In this document: positions 1-9,425 of the stretch, piece by piece
Position numbering within the stretch: position 1 is the stretch's first letter
Layout: every line of letters starts with the position of its first letter
Origin: Candidatus Hodarchaeota archaeon
GTDB lineage: Archaea > Asgardarchaeota > Heimdallarchaeia > Hodarchaeales > Hodarchaeaceae
Direction: 5' to 3'
NCBI GenBank assembly: GCA_016839815.1
Contig: JAEOTM010000032.1
Location: 1-64,000 of the forward strand
DNA length: 64,000 nucleotides
Notes under the pieces: model-generated
The model's database searches: none
The model's input: only the letters and a program-made list of their open reading frames with translations
Told to the model about the DNA's origin: nothing
Made by a program: the position numbers and the translations under genes

Positions 1-691
1 CACCTCCATGAGTTCCTAGGGGCGGAGGATTTACCGAGGGACTCATATTTGTCCAAGTATTAGTATTATAATCATAGGCCCACGTATCTTGGTAAAATGT
101 TTCATTATCATAATAACTTGGTGCAGTAAATCCTCCATAGACTATCATTCTATCGTTTGCTACATCGTATGTCATTGAATGTCCCCCACGGGCGGGAGGA
201 CTTACTGCAGGATTCATATTGATCCATGAATTTGTTTCATAGTTGTAACTCCATGTCTCACCAGGGCCCTCATTCTTCCCACCATTCAGATATGCTTCAT
301 CACTACCTCCAAACCTGATGATCCGATCTGATTCTGAATCGTATGCAAGAGAGCTCATCCATCTACCTCCGTCGTATAACTGGGGAGTAGTTAAATCTTC
401 CCAGGTATCGGTATTATAATCATATGCCCAACAGTCATCCCACGCTGCGGGATCAAAATTCCATTGTCCACTAAACAGAATAATTTTATCTGATTGGGAA
501 TCATAGGCTGTATTTTGCCCGCAATGAAAGCGAATGGGTGGAGCAACTAGTGGTGACGCAATTTGCCATTCATTTTCAGATTCAATAGAGAAAGATTCTA
601 TAGAATTAACTTCTGAGTTAGTTTTCTTCCCAATTGGAAGTGATAAAAGGCAACAACCTAGCATTAATAGTATTATTAGATTAGATTTCAA
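1..691 (-). CDS. Secreted Kelch-repeat (beta-propeller) protein, 3' end truncated by the window edge
   Basis: Not in the ORF track. Manual translation from TTG at 691 gives MKSNLIILLMLGCCLLSLP (signal-peptide-like), then repeats AYDSQSDKIILFSG..DCWAYDYNTDTW, AYDSESDRIIRFGG..ETWSYNYETNSW and PPARGGHSMTYDVANDRMIVYGG..DTWAYDYNTNTW. Frame is open to the edge. Confidence 0.88.
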   Translation of the reverse strand, partial: MKSNLIILLMLGCCLLSLPIGKKTNSEVNSIESFSIESENEWQIASPLVAPPIRFHCGQNTAYDSQSDKIILFSGQWNFDPAAWDDCWAYDYNTDTWEDLTTPQLYDGGRWMSSLAYDSESDRIIRFGGSDEAYLNGGKNEGPGETWSYNYETNSWINMNPAVSPPARGGHSMTYDVANDRMIVYGGFTAPSYYDNETFYQDTWAYDYNTNTWTNMSPSVNPPPLGTHGG

Positions 692-1486
692 ATTTTAACC
701 GACCTAAATAGTTAAAGCCTGAAGTATTCCGATTTTATTTCAAGAAAATAGTCTTTTATTATAAGAATTTTCTCCTACTTAAGTTTTTCCATGAGAGAGC
801 GAAGTTAACCGCCTTTTCACCCTGTACAAATGTTAGAACACTGAAATGAAGTGACTTATACACTTAACTTAGGAACTCTATGAAGTACTCTTTCCAACAT
901 TTTGCGACAATAATTAGTCAAAATTTCGACTTTTATGACGAATATGTAAATGAACTTCTCACAGGATGGGATAAGTGCTTTACTTTAGAAAGGTTTTATA
1001 CCGTAGACCTATTCCTTGGTAATTCACCTCTAATATACTTCTTCTAAAATGTATAAGGTTCTTCTTGCCCAAAAAGAGATTTTATTAAGACTGGTTCAAT
1101 CTCATCATGATTGTTCCGAAATCGGATATTTTTTAAGAGAAATCTGAAAAATGTAAGTCTTACCTCTCTTAAATTTTATTTTTTATTTGTTAACATGTCT
1201 TTGTAACTGAGATCAGTCAATAATATTTGTCGATGTGTTAAAGGGAAAGGAACTTCGACTAACTCTAAAATCATGTCCACATTCAACTAATTTTTCAAAA
1301 GAAGGATGAAGATGATATTTTACGAGGAATTTGTCAAACTCGTTGAGATAAAAAACCAAATTTATTAAGGGGTAAATTATTCGTTTTTCTTTGATTGTCT
1401 CTGCAAAACTTCTACTCTAATACTGATTGATAAAATCAAAAAGCTAATATATCCATATATGCTAAAAATGTAAATCTTAAGATAGA

Positions 1487-2449
1487 GTGAATATTATGCC
1501 TATTCAACCTGATACAAGTATTATGACTACCTGGCCTATTGAACGCCCTCGAGGGATTACTGAAATTGTTTCAGAAGCCTTTAATATTTATGGCAAAGCC
1601 TTTATCAATTTTTGGATTCCTTTTCTAATTATTGGGATAGTTTTTGGGTTTATCAATTCCTTTTTGAATATAGCTTTCTACGAACTTTTAGAAGATATCG
1701 CAACAGGTAACTCCATTGACTTTGGTGAGATGGTAATAAATCTCTTTATTTCATCATTTATTTTGATTGGTTTAGCTTTTATTAGCGACGCCATTGCCAC
1801 TGGAATGATTGTGACTATGGTTAAACCCGTTGCTTCCAACCAACTTGCCCCTACTCTTTCTGAGGCTTTTCAACGCGTGATGCGTGTTCTACCTCGCCTA
1901 ATTCTTGCCAGTTTCCTTTTTGGCTTGTTACTCGTTGCTGGTTTTATTTTCCTCATTATACCTGGTTTGATCTTCCTCACTTGGTTTTATCTTATTTCTG
2001 TTTGTATTGTTTTAGAAGATGAGTCTGCCACTGGTAGTTTTACCCGTTCCAGATCCCTTGTTCAAGGTGATGGTTGGCACACATTCGGTGTAATATTTTT
2101 CTCCTTTATCGTTATTTTGATTTTTCAAGTAGTACTTGGCCTATTTGTAGGAATTATCATTCCCTTCGATACTTTTTACAATGGTAGAGATCAGATTTCT
2201 TATATTCTTGGAACACTAATTTTGTTTATTACAGATTCCCTCATTACCCCTCTTGGTGGTATTATAACCACTCTCCTTTACTTCGACCTCAAGGCTCGTA
2301 AAGAACAAAAGCCTTTGAGAGGCGAACCTTATACTTATACTCCAACTTTATCTCCTCCTTCTGCTAAATTCTGTTCAAACTGCGGTGCAACTCTCCCTAC
2401 CGACCCCACTCACAGCCATTGCACTGAATGTGGAACTAAATTCCGTTAA
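1487..2449 (+). CDS. Multi-pass membrane protein (YciC/GDPD-membrane-domain-like) with C-terminal double zinc ribbon
   Basis: About 6 hydrophobic segments, FLIIPGL..W and SFTRSRSLV motifs, C-terminal CSNCG..CTECG. Confidence 0.7.
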   Translation: MNIMPIQPDTSIMTTWPIERPRGITEIVSEAFNIYGKAFINFWIPFLIIGIVFGFINSFLNIAFYELLEDIATGNSIDFGEMVINLFISSFILIGLAFISDAIATGMIVTMVKPVASNQLAPTLSEAFQRVMRVLPRLILASFLFGLLLVAGFIFLIIPGLIFLTWFYLISVCIVLEDESATGSFTRSRSLVQGDGWHTFGVIFFSFIVILIFQVVLGLFVGIIIPFDTFYNGRDQISYILGTLILFITDSLITPLGGIITTLLYFDLKARKEQKPLRGEPYTYTPTLSPPSAKFCSNCGATLPTDPTHSHCTECGTKFR

Positions 2450-2463
2450 ATTCTCTCATCTAC

Positions 2464-2472
2464 TTTTTTTTT
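2464..2472 (+). terminator. Putative archaeal oligo-T terminator
   Basis: Run of 9 T about 15 nt after the stop at 2449. Confidence 0.4.
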
Positions 2473-2971
2473 ACCAAATTCATTTGATGAGTAGAGCAAA
2501 AAGTAATGCCTACTTTTTGTATTAACGCTCGTTACCAAACGAGGGAATGATGAGATTTACATCAACTTTTATATAAAAATTTTGTATAGGTTGGTTATAT
2601 GTCATCATTTTCAAACTTCAAAAAAAGGAGGTTCCAAATGTCGCTTTTTCAAGGTGTTTGAAAATAAAGGAATTGGTTTTTCTCTAGTTCTTACCCTGAG
2701 AGGAGAGATTAAGCCTCTCAAAATCAACAATTGTATAATTGGAGACAAAAAGACTTAGGAATGACTTAATTTCACTTACCAATTTGTATTTCTTTGTATT
2801 AATTATCAATTTATTAGGTAAAAACTCAAACCTTATGAGATTTTGTTTGGTTAAATCTTGTATAAAACCTTAAAGATATCTGAATCGTGACTGCAAGTTA
2901 TTTTTTTAAGATAATGATTTAAATTACCCTATTTCCTACTTCCCTCTAAATTTATTTCAGCTGGTTAAGTT

Positions 2972-3409
2972 ATGTCTACGAGATTACGAGTTGCTTATTT
3001 GGACCGATGTGTGGGGTGTTATCAATGTGTATTAGCGTGTGCTCGCACAAATGAAAAAGTTTTATCAATTGATAGAGCATCTATCGGAGTAAAAACAATA
3101 GGAGGTTATGGAAGAGAGGGGTTTGCAGTAGTTGTTTGCCGTGGGTGTTTAGATCCTCCATGTGTTCCAGTATGTCCTATTGAAGGTGCTATTCGTCTTC
3201 GTATCAAAGGAGGAGGAGTACTAGTTAATCGATCAATTTGCGATGCTTCTAAGTGTAATCAAGAATGCGTTCAAACCTGTCCGATCCCTGGAGCTATACA
3301 CATTGATGAGGACACTCAGAAAGCAATAGTATGTAGACAGTGCAGTATGTGTGTCAAATTCTGTCCTACGGGTGTACTAATTATGGAGGAACCACGACCC
3401 GGGTTTTAG
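2972..3409 (+). CDS. 4Fe-4S dicluster electron-transfer subunit of aldehyde oxidoreductase
   Basis: CVGCYQCVLAC, CRGCLDPPCVPVCP, C..C..C..CP and CRQCSMCVKFCP motifs; directly upstream of AOR. Confidence 0.9.
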   Translation: MSTRLRVAYLDRCVGCYQCVLACARTNEKVLSIDRASIGVKTIGGYGREGFAVVVCRGCLDPPCVPVCPIEGAIRLRIKGGGVLVNRSICDASKCNQECVQTCPIPGAIHIDEDTQKAIVCRQCSMCVKFCPTGVLIMEEPRPGF

Positions 3410-3418
3410 GTGATCAAG

Positions 3419-5209
3419 ATGAATGTAATTCCCACTAGAATATTGAGAATTGATCTAACCAGTAATAACTATGAATTTATTGACGGATCGAATCTGTTTA
3501 GCAAATGGTTAGGAGGAATTGGTGTTGGTATAAATCTACTGAATGAATATGTACCTACTGAAGCTGACCCCTTAGGAGCTGATAATGCCATTATCTTTGC
3601 TATTGGATCTTTGTCTACCTTTTATCCGATTATTTCAAAAACAGTATCACTATTTAGATCTCCAACCAATAATGATTTGGGTGAATCTTATGCAGGAGGA
3701 AGATTGTCATTAGCACTTCGTTTTGCAGACCTTGGTGCCCTAGTTATAACTGGTAAAGCTAGAAAACCGTCCATTATTTCCATTCTTAATGATGATATCC
3801 AAATTAAAGTAGCTGGACCTCTAGCTCAGATGTATACATCAACCGTTGGACGTGTATTACGAGAATTAATTCCTGCACATGCGGGAAAACGAAGCATAAT
3901 ACGTATAGGTCAAGCAGGTGAAAATAAAGTTCGTTATAGCAATATCGTGGTTGATACGCTAAGACATTTTGGTAGATTAGGAGCTGGAGCTGTTTTGGGC
4001 TCTAAAAAAGTTAAAGCAATCGTTGTTAGTGGTAACAAGGATATACCGTTAGATCAACCAGGAATCGATCGTAGAGCCTATATTAAAACTTACAAGAAGA
4101 TTTGGAACCTTTGTGTTAATACAGAAGTTATGAAAAAATACCATGTTCTCGGAACACCGCAAAATTTGCTTCCACTGAATGAATTGAAATCTCTTCCTAC
4201 AAGGAATTTTTTATATGGACACTTTGATAAAGCTGTTGAAATCTCAGGGGAAAAATTTGTTGAAACATACTTAGGAAGACGGGTCTCATGTAATACCTGT
4301 CCTGTAGGTTGCATTCATGTGGGTATCCTAAGAGAGAGGTATGGACCAACCTTGGCAGATATCCATTCAACTTCAGTTCCATACGATTATGAACCAATGG
4401 CATTACTTGGACCGACATTACTGATTGGGGATGGAAAAGATCTAATGAAATTACTCGAACAAACAGAACGATATGGAATTGACGCGATAACTACGGGTGG
4501 AATACTAGGATATTTAGCAGAAGCATTCGAGAAAAAAATAATCACTGAAAATGATACTGAAGGACTTCCTATTAGATTTGGAGAAATTAATGACTTTTTG
4601 GAAGTAATAAAACGAATTGTCTTTAGGGAAAGTGAAAACAAAAACCTTTATTGGTATGCTGGAGAGGGATTGGATGCTTTAGTGGAAAAATATGGTGGTT
4701 CTGACATTGCTCTGCGTTTTAATAATACAACTCCAGCTGGATATTCAACAGGTCCCTATAGTATGATAGGACATGCTATCGGAGGGCGTCACTCGCATTT
4801 AGATAACGCTGGTTACTCGACAGATTTAAAGATGCTTGGAACTAAATTTAAACCGGAAGAAACTCTAGGAAAATTAGTTAAAGAAGAAGAATGGAGAAAT
4901 ACCCTCAATTCTTTGATAATTTGTTTATTTGCACGTAATATATACACTCCCGATTTGGTGGTCGAATGTTTCAAGAATCTTGGAATAACAAAAACTGAGG
5001 ATGAACTGCTCTCATTAGGTTTTAAAATCCAAAAACGACGAATTGAAACGAAAATACGTTTTAATTTCGATTATCAGGAATTACAAGCATCTTTACCAAA
5101 TCGTCTTTACGAAATGGAAACTGGACATGGAAAATTATCAAAACAATTCATAAAAAACCAATTAGATTTATATAGCTCGATTTTAACTGATCGGTATGGG
5201 ATAAATTAA
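3419..5209 (+). CDS. Tungsten/molybdopterin aldehyde:ferredoxin oxidoreductase family protein
   Basis: ILRIDLT, WLGGIG, GQAGENKVRYSNI, GRLGAGAVLGSKKVKAI, SCNTCPVGC, YGIDAI. Start placed at ATG 3419 because GGTGAT at 3409-3414 looks like its Shine-Dalgarno (track start 3410). Confidence 0.93.
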   Translation: MNVIPTRILRIDLTSNNYEFIDGSNLFSKWLGGIGVGINLLNEYVPTEADPLGADNAIIFAIGSLSTFYPIISKTVSLFRSPTNNDLGESYAGGRLSLALRFADLGALVITGKARKPSIISILNDDIQIKVAGPLAQMYTSTVGRVLRELIPAHAGKRSIIRIGQAGENKVRYSNIVVDTLRHFGRLGAGAVLGSKKVKAIVVSGNKDIPLDQPGIDRRAYIKTYKKIWNLCVNTEVMKKYHVLGTPQNLLPLNELKSLPTRNFLYGHFDKAVEISGEKFVETYLGRRVSCNTCPVGCIHVGILRERYGPTLADIHSTSVPYDYEPMALLGPTLLIGDGKDLMKLLEQTERYGIDAITTGGILGYLAEAFEKKIITENDTEGLPIRFGEINDFLEVIKRIVFRESENKNLYWYAGEGLDALVEKYGGSDIALRFNNTTPAGYSTGPYSMIGHAIGGRHSHLDNAGYSTDLKMLGTKFKPEETLGKLVKEEEWRNTLNSLIICLFARNIYTPDLVVECFKNLGITKTEDELLSLGFKIQKRRIETKIRFNFDYQELQASLPNRLYEMETGHGKLSKQFIKNQLDLYSSILTDRYGIN

Positions 5210-5241
5210 CAATTAGCTGAATTTCAGGACAATAGGCCCTT

Positions 5242-6498
5242 TCACAGCAGTATAATTGCTGATATCAGAACCAGAAGAGCAAGGACAATAAACAGAATAG
5301 AAACGTCAAAAAGCCCTAAAGTAGCTCCTGCAATGAAAGAACCAAGTATTGTTCCTATACCTATTAAAGCACGTCTAATAGATAAAACTTTAGCTAAATC
5401 TTCATCATTTATTCTTTCTACTATCCAACTCATGCTAGTGGGAATGACAGCTGCTGTTGTTGCTAGGACTAATAGTAAAGGTCCGAGAGCGGGAAGATAT
5501 GAAGGGATTTTACTTAAATTTGAATAGAAGATAAGATCAAGGAGAATCGATTTTGCTATCCCGAGTCGAATTAAAACAAACAAATATAGGATTAGAATGG
5601 TTGTTCCTGAAAGACCTATCAAAAGAATTTGTCTGTTACCCCTACGATCAGCTAATCTCCCCCAAATGGGCAGAAGTAATACGAAGGGAATTCCTAAAAC
5701 TACTACTCCAAGTTCTATCGATGTTGGGGGAATATTAACACCTGCAATTCTATTCACGATTGTAAAAACATACCCCCCAATTCCAACAACTGCCGAAAAA
5801 GTTATCCAGTGAATATAAACCCGAAGAACATCACGAGAAAAATAAACACCAGAATACTCACGACTAGTTAACGTAGTAACGATATTTTTGATCGATAATT
5901 TCTGATAAGCTTGCTTCTCACTGACATAGAAAATCGGAATGACCGTAAGTACCCTCAGAATCGCGAAAACTAGAAAGATTTTACCAATAAGGGTTTCAAA
6001 TATCAGTGCTCCTCCGACTGCACCGACAATCCCACCCAAAGTAAGTAGAATATTATAATAACCTAAAGATTCAGTTGTTTTATTTTCAGGAACATTGCCA
6101 ATCCAAAGTGCTACAGCTGAACCAGCTCCAAGTGAGCTCCCTAAACCAACAATTGCATTTGAGAAAAATAAACTAAAGGGATCAGTAAATATTGATAACC
6201 CAATCTGACCAACAGCTGATAAAAAACTAGCAAGATAAATGAATAGTCTCCTACCAAAAGTATCACTTAAAATCCCAGCAAAAGGACTAATCAGAAACCA
6301 GAATAGAAAGAAAGTGGAGACAATAATCCCAACATAAGTCATGTCGATATGGAGATAATCTCCCAAATATAAGGGGAGAAGTAATTGTACTGCAGTAAAA
6401 TTAATTGTCGCAATTATTTGCCATAAACCAAGTATCCACACTGATGCATTTAAATAAAAAGTTCTTGAACTCTCTTGGAGTGTATCATCAGCACACAA
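5242..6498 (-). CDS. MFS transporter
   Basis: About 12 TM segments; motif A twice (GILSDTFGRR, GRLADRRGNR). Confidence 0.9.
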   Translation of the reverse strand: MCADDTLQESSRTFYLNASVWILGLWQIIATINFTAVQLLLPLYLGDYLHIDMTYVGIIVSTFFLFWFLISPFAGILSDTFGRRLFIYLASFLSAVGQIGLSIFTDPFSLFFSNAIVGLGSSLGAGSAVALWIGNVPENKTTESLGYYNILLTLGGIVGAVGGALIFETLIGKIFLVFAILRVLTVIPIFYVSEKQAYQKLSIKNIVTTLTSREYSGVYFSRDVLRVYIHWITFSAVVGIGGYVFTIVNRIAGVNIPPTSIELGVVVLGIPFVLLLPIWGRLADRRGNRQILLIGLSGTTILILYLFVLIRLGIAKSILLDLIFYSNLSKIPSYLPALGPLLLVLATTAAVIPTSMSWIVERINDEDLAKVLSIRRALIGIGTILGSFIAGATLGLFDVSILFIVLALLVLISAIILL

Positions 6499-6509
6499 GA
6501 AACTTCACA

Positions 6510-7226
6510 TTACGTTTTATTATCTGGATTTGGGACATATTGTGTTGAAAAGGTTTTTCCAGCTAATATATAGATCACTCCAAAGAGAGCAGCCATAGTA
6601 TGTAAGACAAGATAAAGTTCTAGGACATTGAAGATTAAAATTAACCAGGCCACGTACGCATGTCCATGGGAAACAAGTCTCTGTTCCTCATATATAAAGG
6701 TAGAACGAGAAGCTCCTATACTTATGAATGACAAGCATGCATACAGAATAAAGAGTACAAACCACACATTCTGAGTAAGACTAAAATCTCCTATTACTAG
6801 AGTGAACATTCCATTTGCATCAGAGATATTAAAAGCAATTCCTACTAGGAAGGGAACTCCTTTAAGTTGCTCCAGACTACTGTCTAGCCATGCACCATTC
6901 TTGGTGCACATCCCTCGCCTTCTAGCAATTTCTCCGTCGATAACATCGAAAAGTAAGCCTACCCAGCCAACGAATCCAGCCGAAAAGAGGATTAAGTTAT
7001 TATCTCCAGCAATGGCTATGATGTATCCAGCAAGGAAAGTAAATAACATACCTATCCATGTTAATCGATTTGGGGTGAGGAATGTAATTGGTTCTATGAT
7101 ATCAACAAATGGTCGGGCGATTATTCTTAAATATCGGACTGTGATGTCCTCTTTTTTAAAATCCTCGCTATTAATCTTCACATGATTGATTTTTTTCGGA
7201 TTAAAAATTTTCTGAAGAGATACCAT
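6510..7226 (-). CDS. CDP-alcohol phosphatidyltransferase family protein
   Basis: TPNRLT and DVIDGEIARRRG..GAWLD signature. Confidence 0.9.
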   Translation of the reverse strand: MVSLQKIFNPKKINHVKINSEDFKKEDITVRYLRIIARPFVDIIEPITFLTPNRLTWIGMLFTFLAGYIIAIAGDNNLILFSAGFVGWVGLLFDVIDGEIARRRGMCTKNGAWLDSSLEQLKGVPFLVGIAFNISDANGMFTLVIGDFSLTQNVWFVLFILYACLSFISIGASRSTFIYEEQRLVSHGHAYVAWLILIFNVLELYLVLHTMAALFGVIYILAGKTFSTQYVPNPDNKT

Positions 7227-7541
7227 ATTATCTCACATTTCTTTGTGATGAATGGAAAAAGAGGGAGTATACGGAACATCAGTAATTAACTGTCTATCGA
7301 ATTAAAGCCCGTTTTATTACTCTTTTTGAACTGGTGATGAAAAATTGTCAAAATCAGACACGTTAGAGCACGATTTTCTTTCATCCACAATAAATAACTG
7401 TGGATTTGGTTAAGGGAAATTCATCCTCTGAATCTTTTTTCTCGGAATTTGAACTTCTGTAAAACTATACAAATTTTCTTTAACATATTCTTTCTGAATA
7501 AGATATTAAATATCCAAAAAGAAGGAAGAAGTAGATCCGTT

Positions 7542-7823
7542 ATGAATCTCAAATCTCACATTAAACAGATTCTAGCATTCTGTCAGCTGGTTTTCGATGT
7601 CGGTTTAATTACTAGCATGATTTTTTTACTTAATTTATTCTTTCAGTACTATCCAAACAAAATCTGCTTCATTAATATCTTTTCCAATCCTGTTTTCATT
7701 CGAGACTTTCTCCTCATTTTCTTTCTTGTGGCAATAGGTAATCTTGTATTGAATATTTCGCGATTGTACAAAATCCAGCAAAAAATGTTTTTTATCACAT
7801 CTTATCATATCAAGGATTTTTGA
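7542..7823 (+). CDS. Small membrane protein with 2 TM segments, hypothetical
   Basis: ATG at 7542 inside track ORF 7449-7823; two hydrophobic stretches. Confidence 0.4.
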   Translation: MNLKSHIKQILAFCQLVFDVGLITSMIFLLNLFFQYYPNKICFINIFSNPVFIRDFLLIFFLVAIGNLVLNISRLYKIQQKMFFITSYHIKDF

Positions 7824-7889
7824 GTTATAATTTATCAAGGAAATCTTTTTATAATACAATAATCCAGAAATATGAAATAATTAGAAAAA

Positions 7890-9248
7890 GTGAGGAAAAT
7901 GAAGTTTAATCGAATAAAAATCATCATAATTGTTTTCATTACAATTGGGTTTGTTTTTAACAGAACTTTTGAGCATCAAACCGTTTTTTCTTTTACGAAT
8001 AATTGCTATCCTATAAATGGTTGGCTTAGAACTGATCCAGAAGATTTAGGGATGAATAGTACAGAGCTGGATCGAATGTATCAGGTAATGATTGCTCAAA
8101 ATGTAGGCATTGACAGCATTCACATTGTTAGATATGGTTATTTATGCTATGAAAAGTACTTCGAGTACTATAATTATACAGCTATCCATTGCACGCATTC
8201 CGTGACAAAGAGCGTAATCAGTGCCCTGATTGGAATAGCTAATGCTACTGGAATGATAAAAAATCTTGACGAACCAATAGTAGAGATATTTTCAAATAGA
8301 ACTATACAAAACCTAGATTCAAGAAAAGAGGTACTAACGATTCGGCATTTACTTGAAATGAGAAGTGGGTTGGATGTAAATGATTTGTCTGAATCCTATA
8401 CCACAGCTCCTATACCCTTTAATGATTTTGCATTCCGAACCAATACAACAAATGTACCTCCTGGAACATGGATAAACTATTTGAACCCTGATAATGATTT
8501 TACACGTTTAATAACCTCTGATGACTGGATACAATTCGCATTGGATAAACCTATGGAATCAGAACCAGGTTCAAATTTTGCTTACAGTGACTGTATTACT
8601 CATCTGCTTTCGGCAATTATTAGAGAAAAAACTGGAATGAATACAGAAAATTTCGCCAAACAGTATTTATTTGATCCTCTGAATATCACAGAATATCTCT
8701 GGTGGGTAGATCCATCTGGGTTAAGTATGGGAGCGGATGGTTTATGGCTAAATCCTTATGATATGTTGAAAATTGGTTATCTGTACTTAAATCTGGGAAA
8801 ATGGAACGATTTACAAATAATACCTTCAGACTGGGTATTGAAGTCAATTCAGAATTATTCTCCTGAGTTAGGTGGATACGGATATGGGTATCAGTGGTGG
8901 CTTGATATCAATAATGACTATTATTATGCGGACGGGTGGGGAGGTCAGCATATCATTATCAAACCGAATAGAGATTTAGTTGTGGTATTTACAGCTTGGG
9001 ATGCAAGTTCTATTACACTTAGTAATGCATTTATCCTTGATGCCATTGTGACTGATGTCTCAGTTACTTGTCCAATAATCACTACAACGACAACATCTAC
9101 AACAACTTCACCAATTGCAACGAGTACTACTACTACGGGAATAAATACTCAAACTACTACTACGGAAACATCAGGTCTCGATATTTTACTAATATTAAGT
9201 ATCCTAATAGTGAATTCGCTTTTTGTATGGAAGAGAAAGAAAAAGTAA
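7890..9248 (+). CDS. Secreted, membrane-anchored serine hydrolase (beta-lactamase/AmpC family)
   Basis: SxxK (HSVTKS), LLEMRSG, FAYSD, YGYQWW, DGWGGQ; signal peptide, Thr-rich linker, C-terminal TM plus KRKKK. Confidence 0.9.
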   Translation: MRKMKFNRIKIIIIVFITIGFVFNRTFEHQTVFSFTNNCYPINGWLRTDPEDLGMNSTELDRMYQVMIAQNVGIDSIHIVRYGYLCYEKYFEYYNYTAIHCTHSVTKSVISALIGIANATGMIKNLDEPIVEIFSNRTIQNLDSRKEVLTIRHLLEMRSGLDVNDLSESYTTAPIPFNDFAFRTNTTNVPPGTWINYLNPDNDFTRLITSDDWIQFALDKPMESEPGSNFAYSDCITHLLSAIIREKTGMNTENFAKQYLFDPLNITEYLWWVDPSGLSMGADGLWLNPYDMLKIGYLYLNLGKWNDLQIIPSDWVLKSIQNYSPELGGYGYGYQWWLDINNDYYYADGWGGQHIIIKPNRDLVVVFTAWDASSITLSNAFILDAIVTDVSVTCPIITTTTTSTTTSPIATSTTTTGINTQTTTTETSGLDILLILSILIVNSLFVWKRKKK

Positions 9249-9425
9249 GATCAATCTCTTCTTTTTTGTTAATAGAGTGTAAGAAAATGAATTAAAATAC
9301 TCTGTTTCTTATATAAAACAAATCAAGCGAGTTTCTCCAAATTCTTACCATATGAACAATTTCCACATGTTTATATGAACAATGTTTATTGTCCGTACAA
9401 AGAGAAAAAACTTCATAATTTCGAA

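Noticed and set aside
692-1486. 800-bp AT-rich gap as possible replication origin, or a 55-codon ORF at ~880-1047
   Set aside because: No ORB-like repeats or cdc6 nearby; the small ORF has no recognisable motif.
3400-3421. Fe-S subunit and AOR are in the same frame separated by one TAG (possible pyrrolysine or read-through fusion)
   Set aside because: TAGGTGATC supplies a standard GGTGA Shine-Dalgarno for ATG 3419. Both proteins are complete as separate subunits, and no pyl genes are in the window.
7383-7405. Inverted repeat ATCCACA-N9-TGTGGAT resembling DnaA boxes
   Set aside because: Archaeal context without DnaA, only one pair, and 7-bp arms can occur by chance in 64 kb.
9072-9170. ACT/ACA-rich tandem-like repeat
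   Set aside because: It encodes the Thr-rich stalk of the serine hydrolase; not a CRISPR or VNTR.
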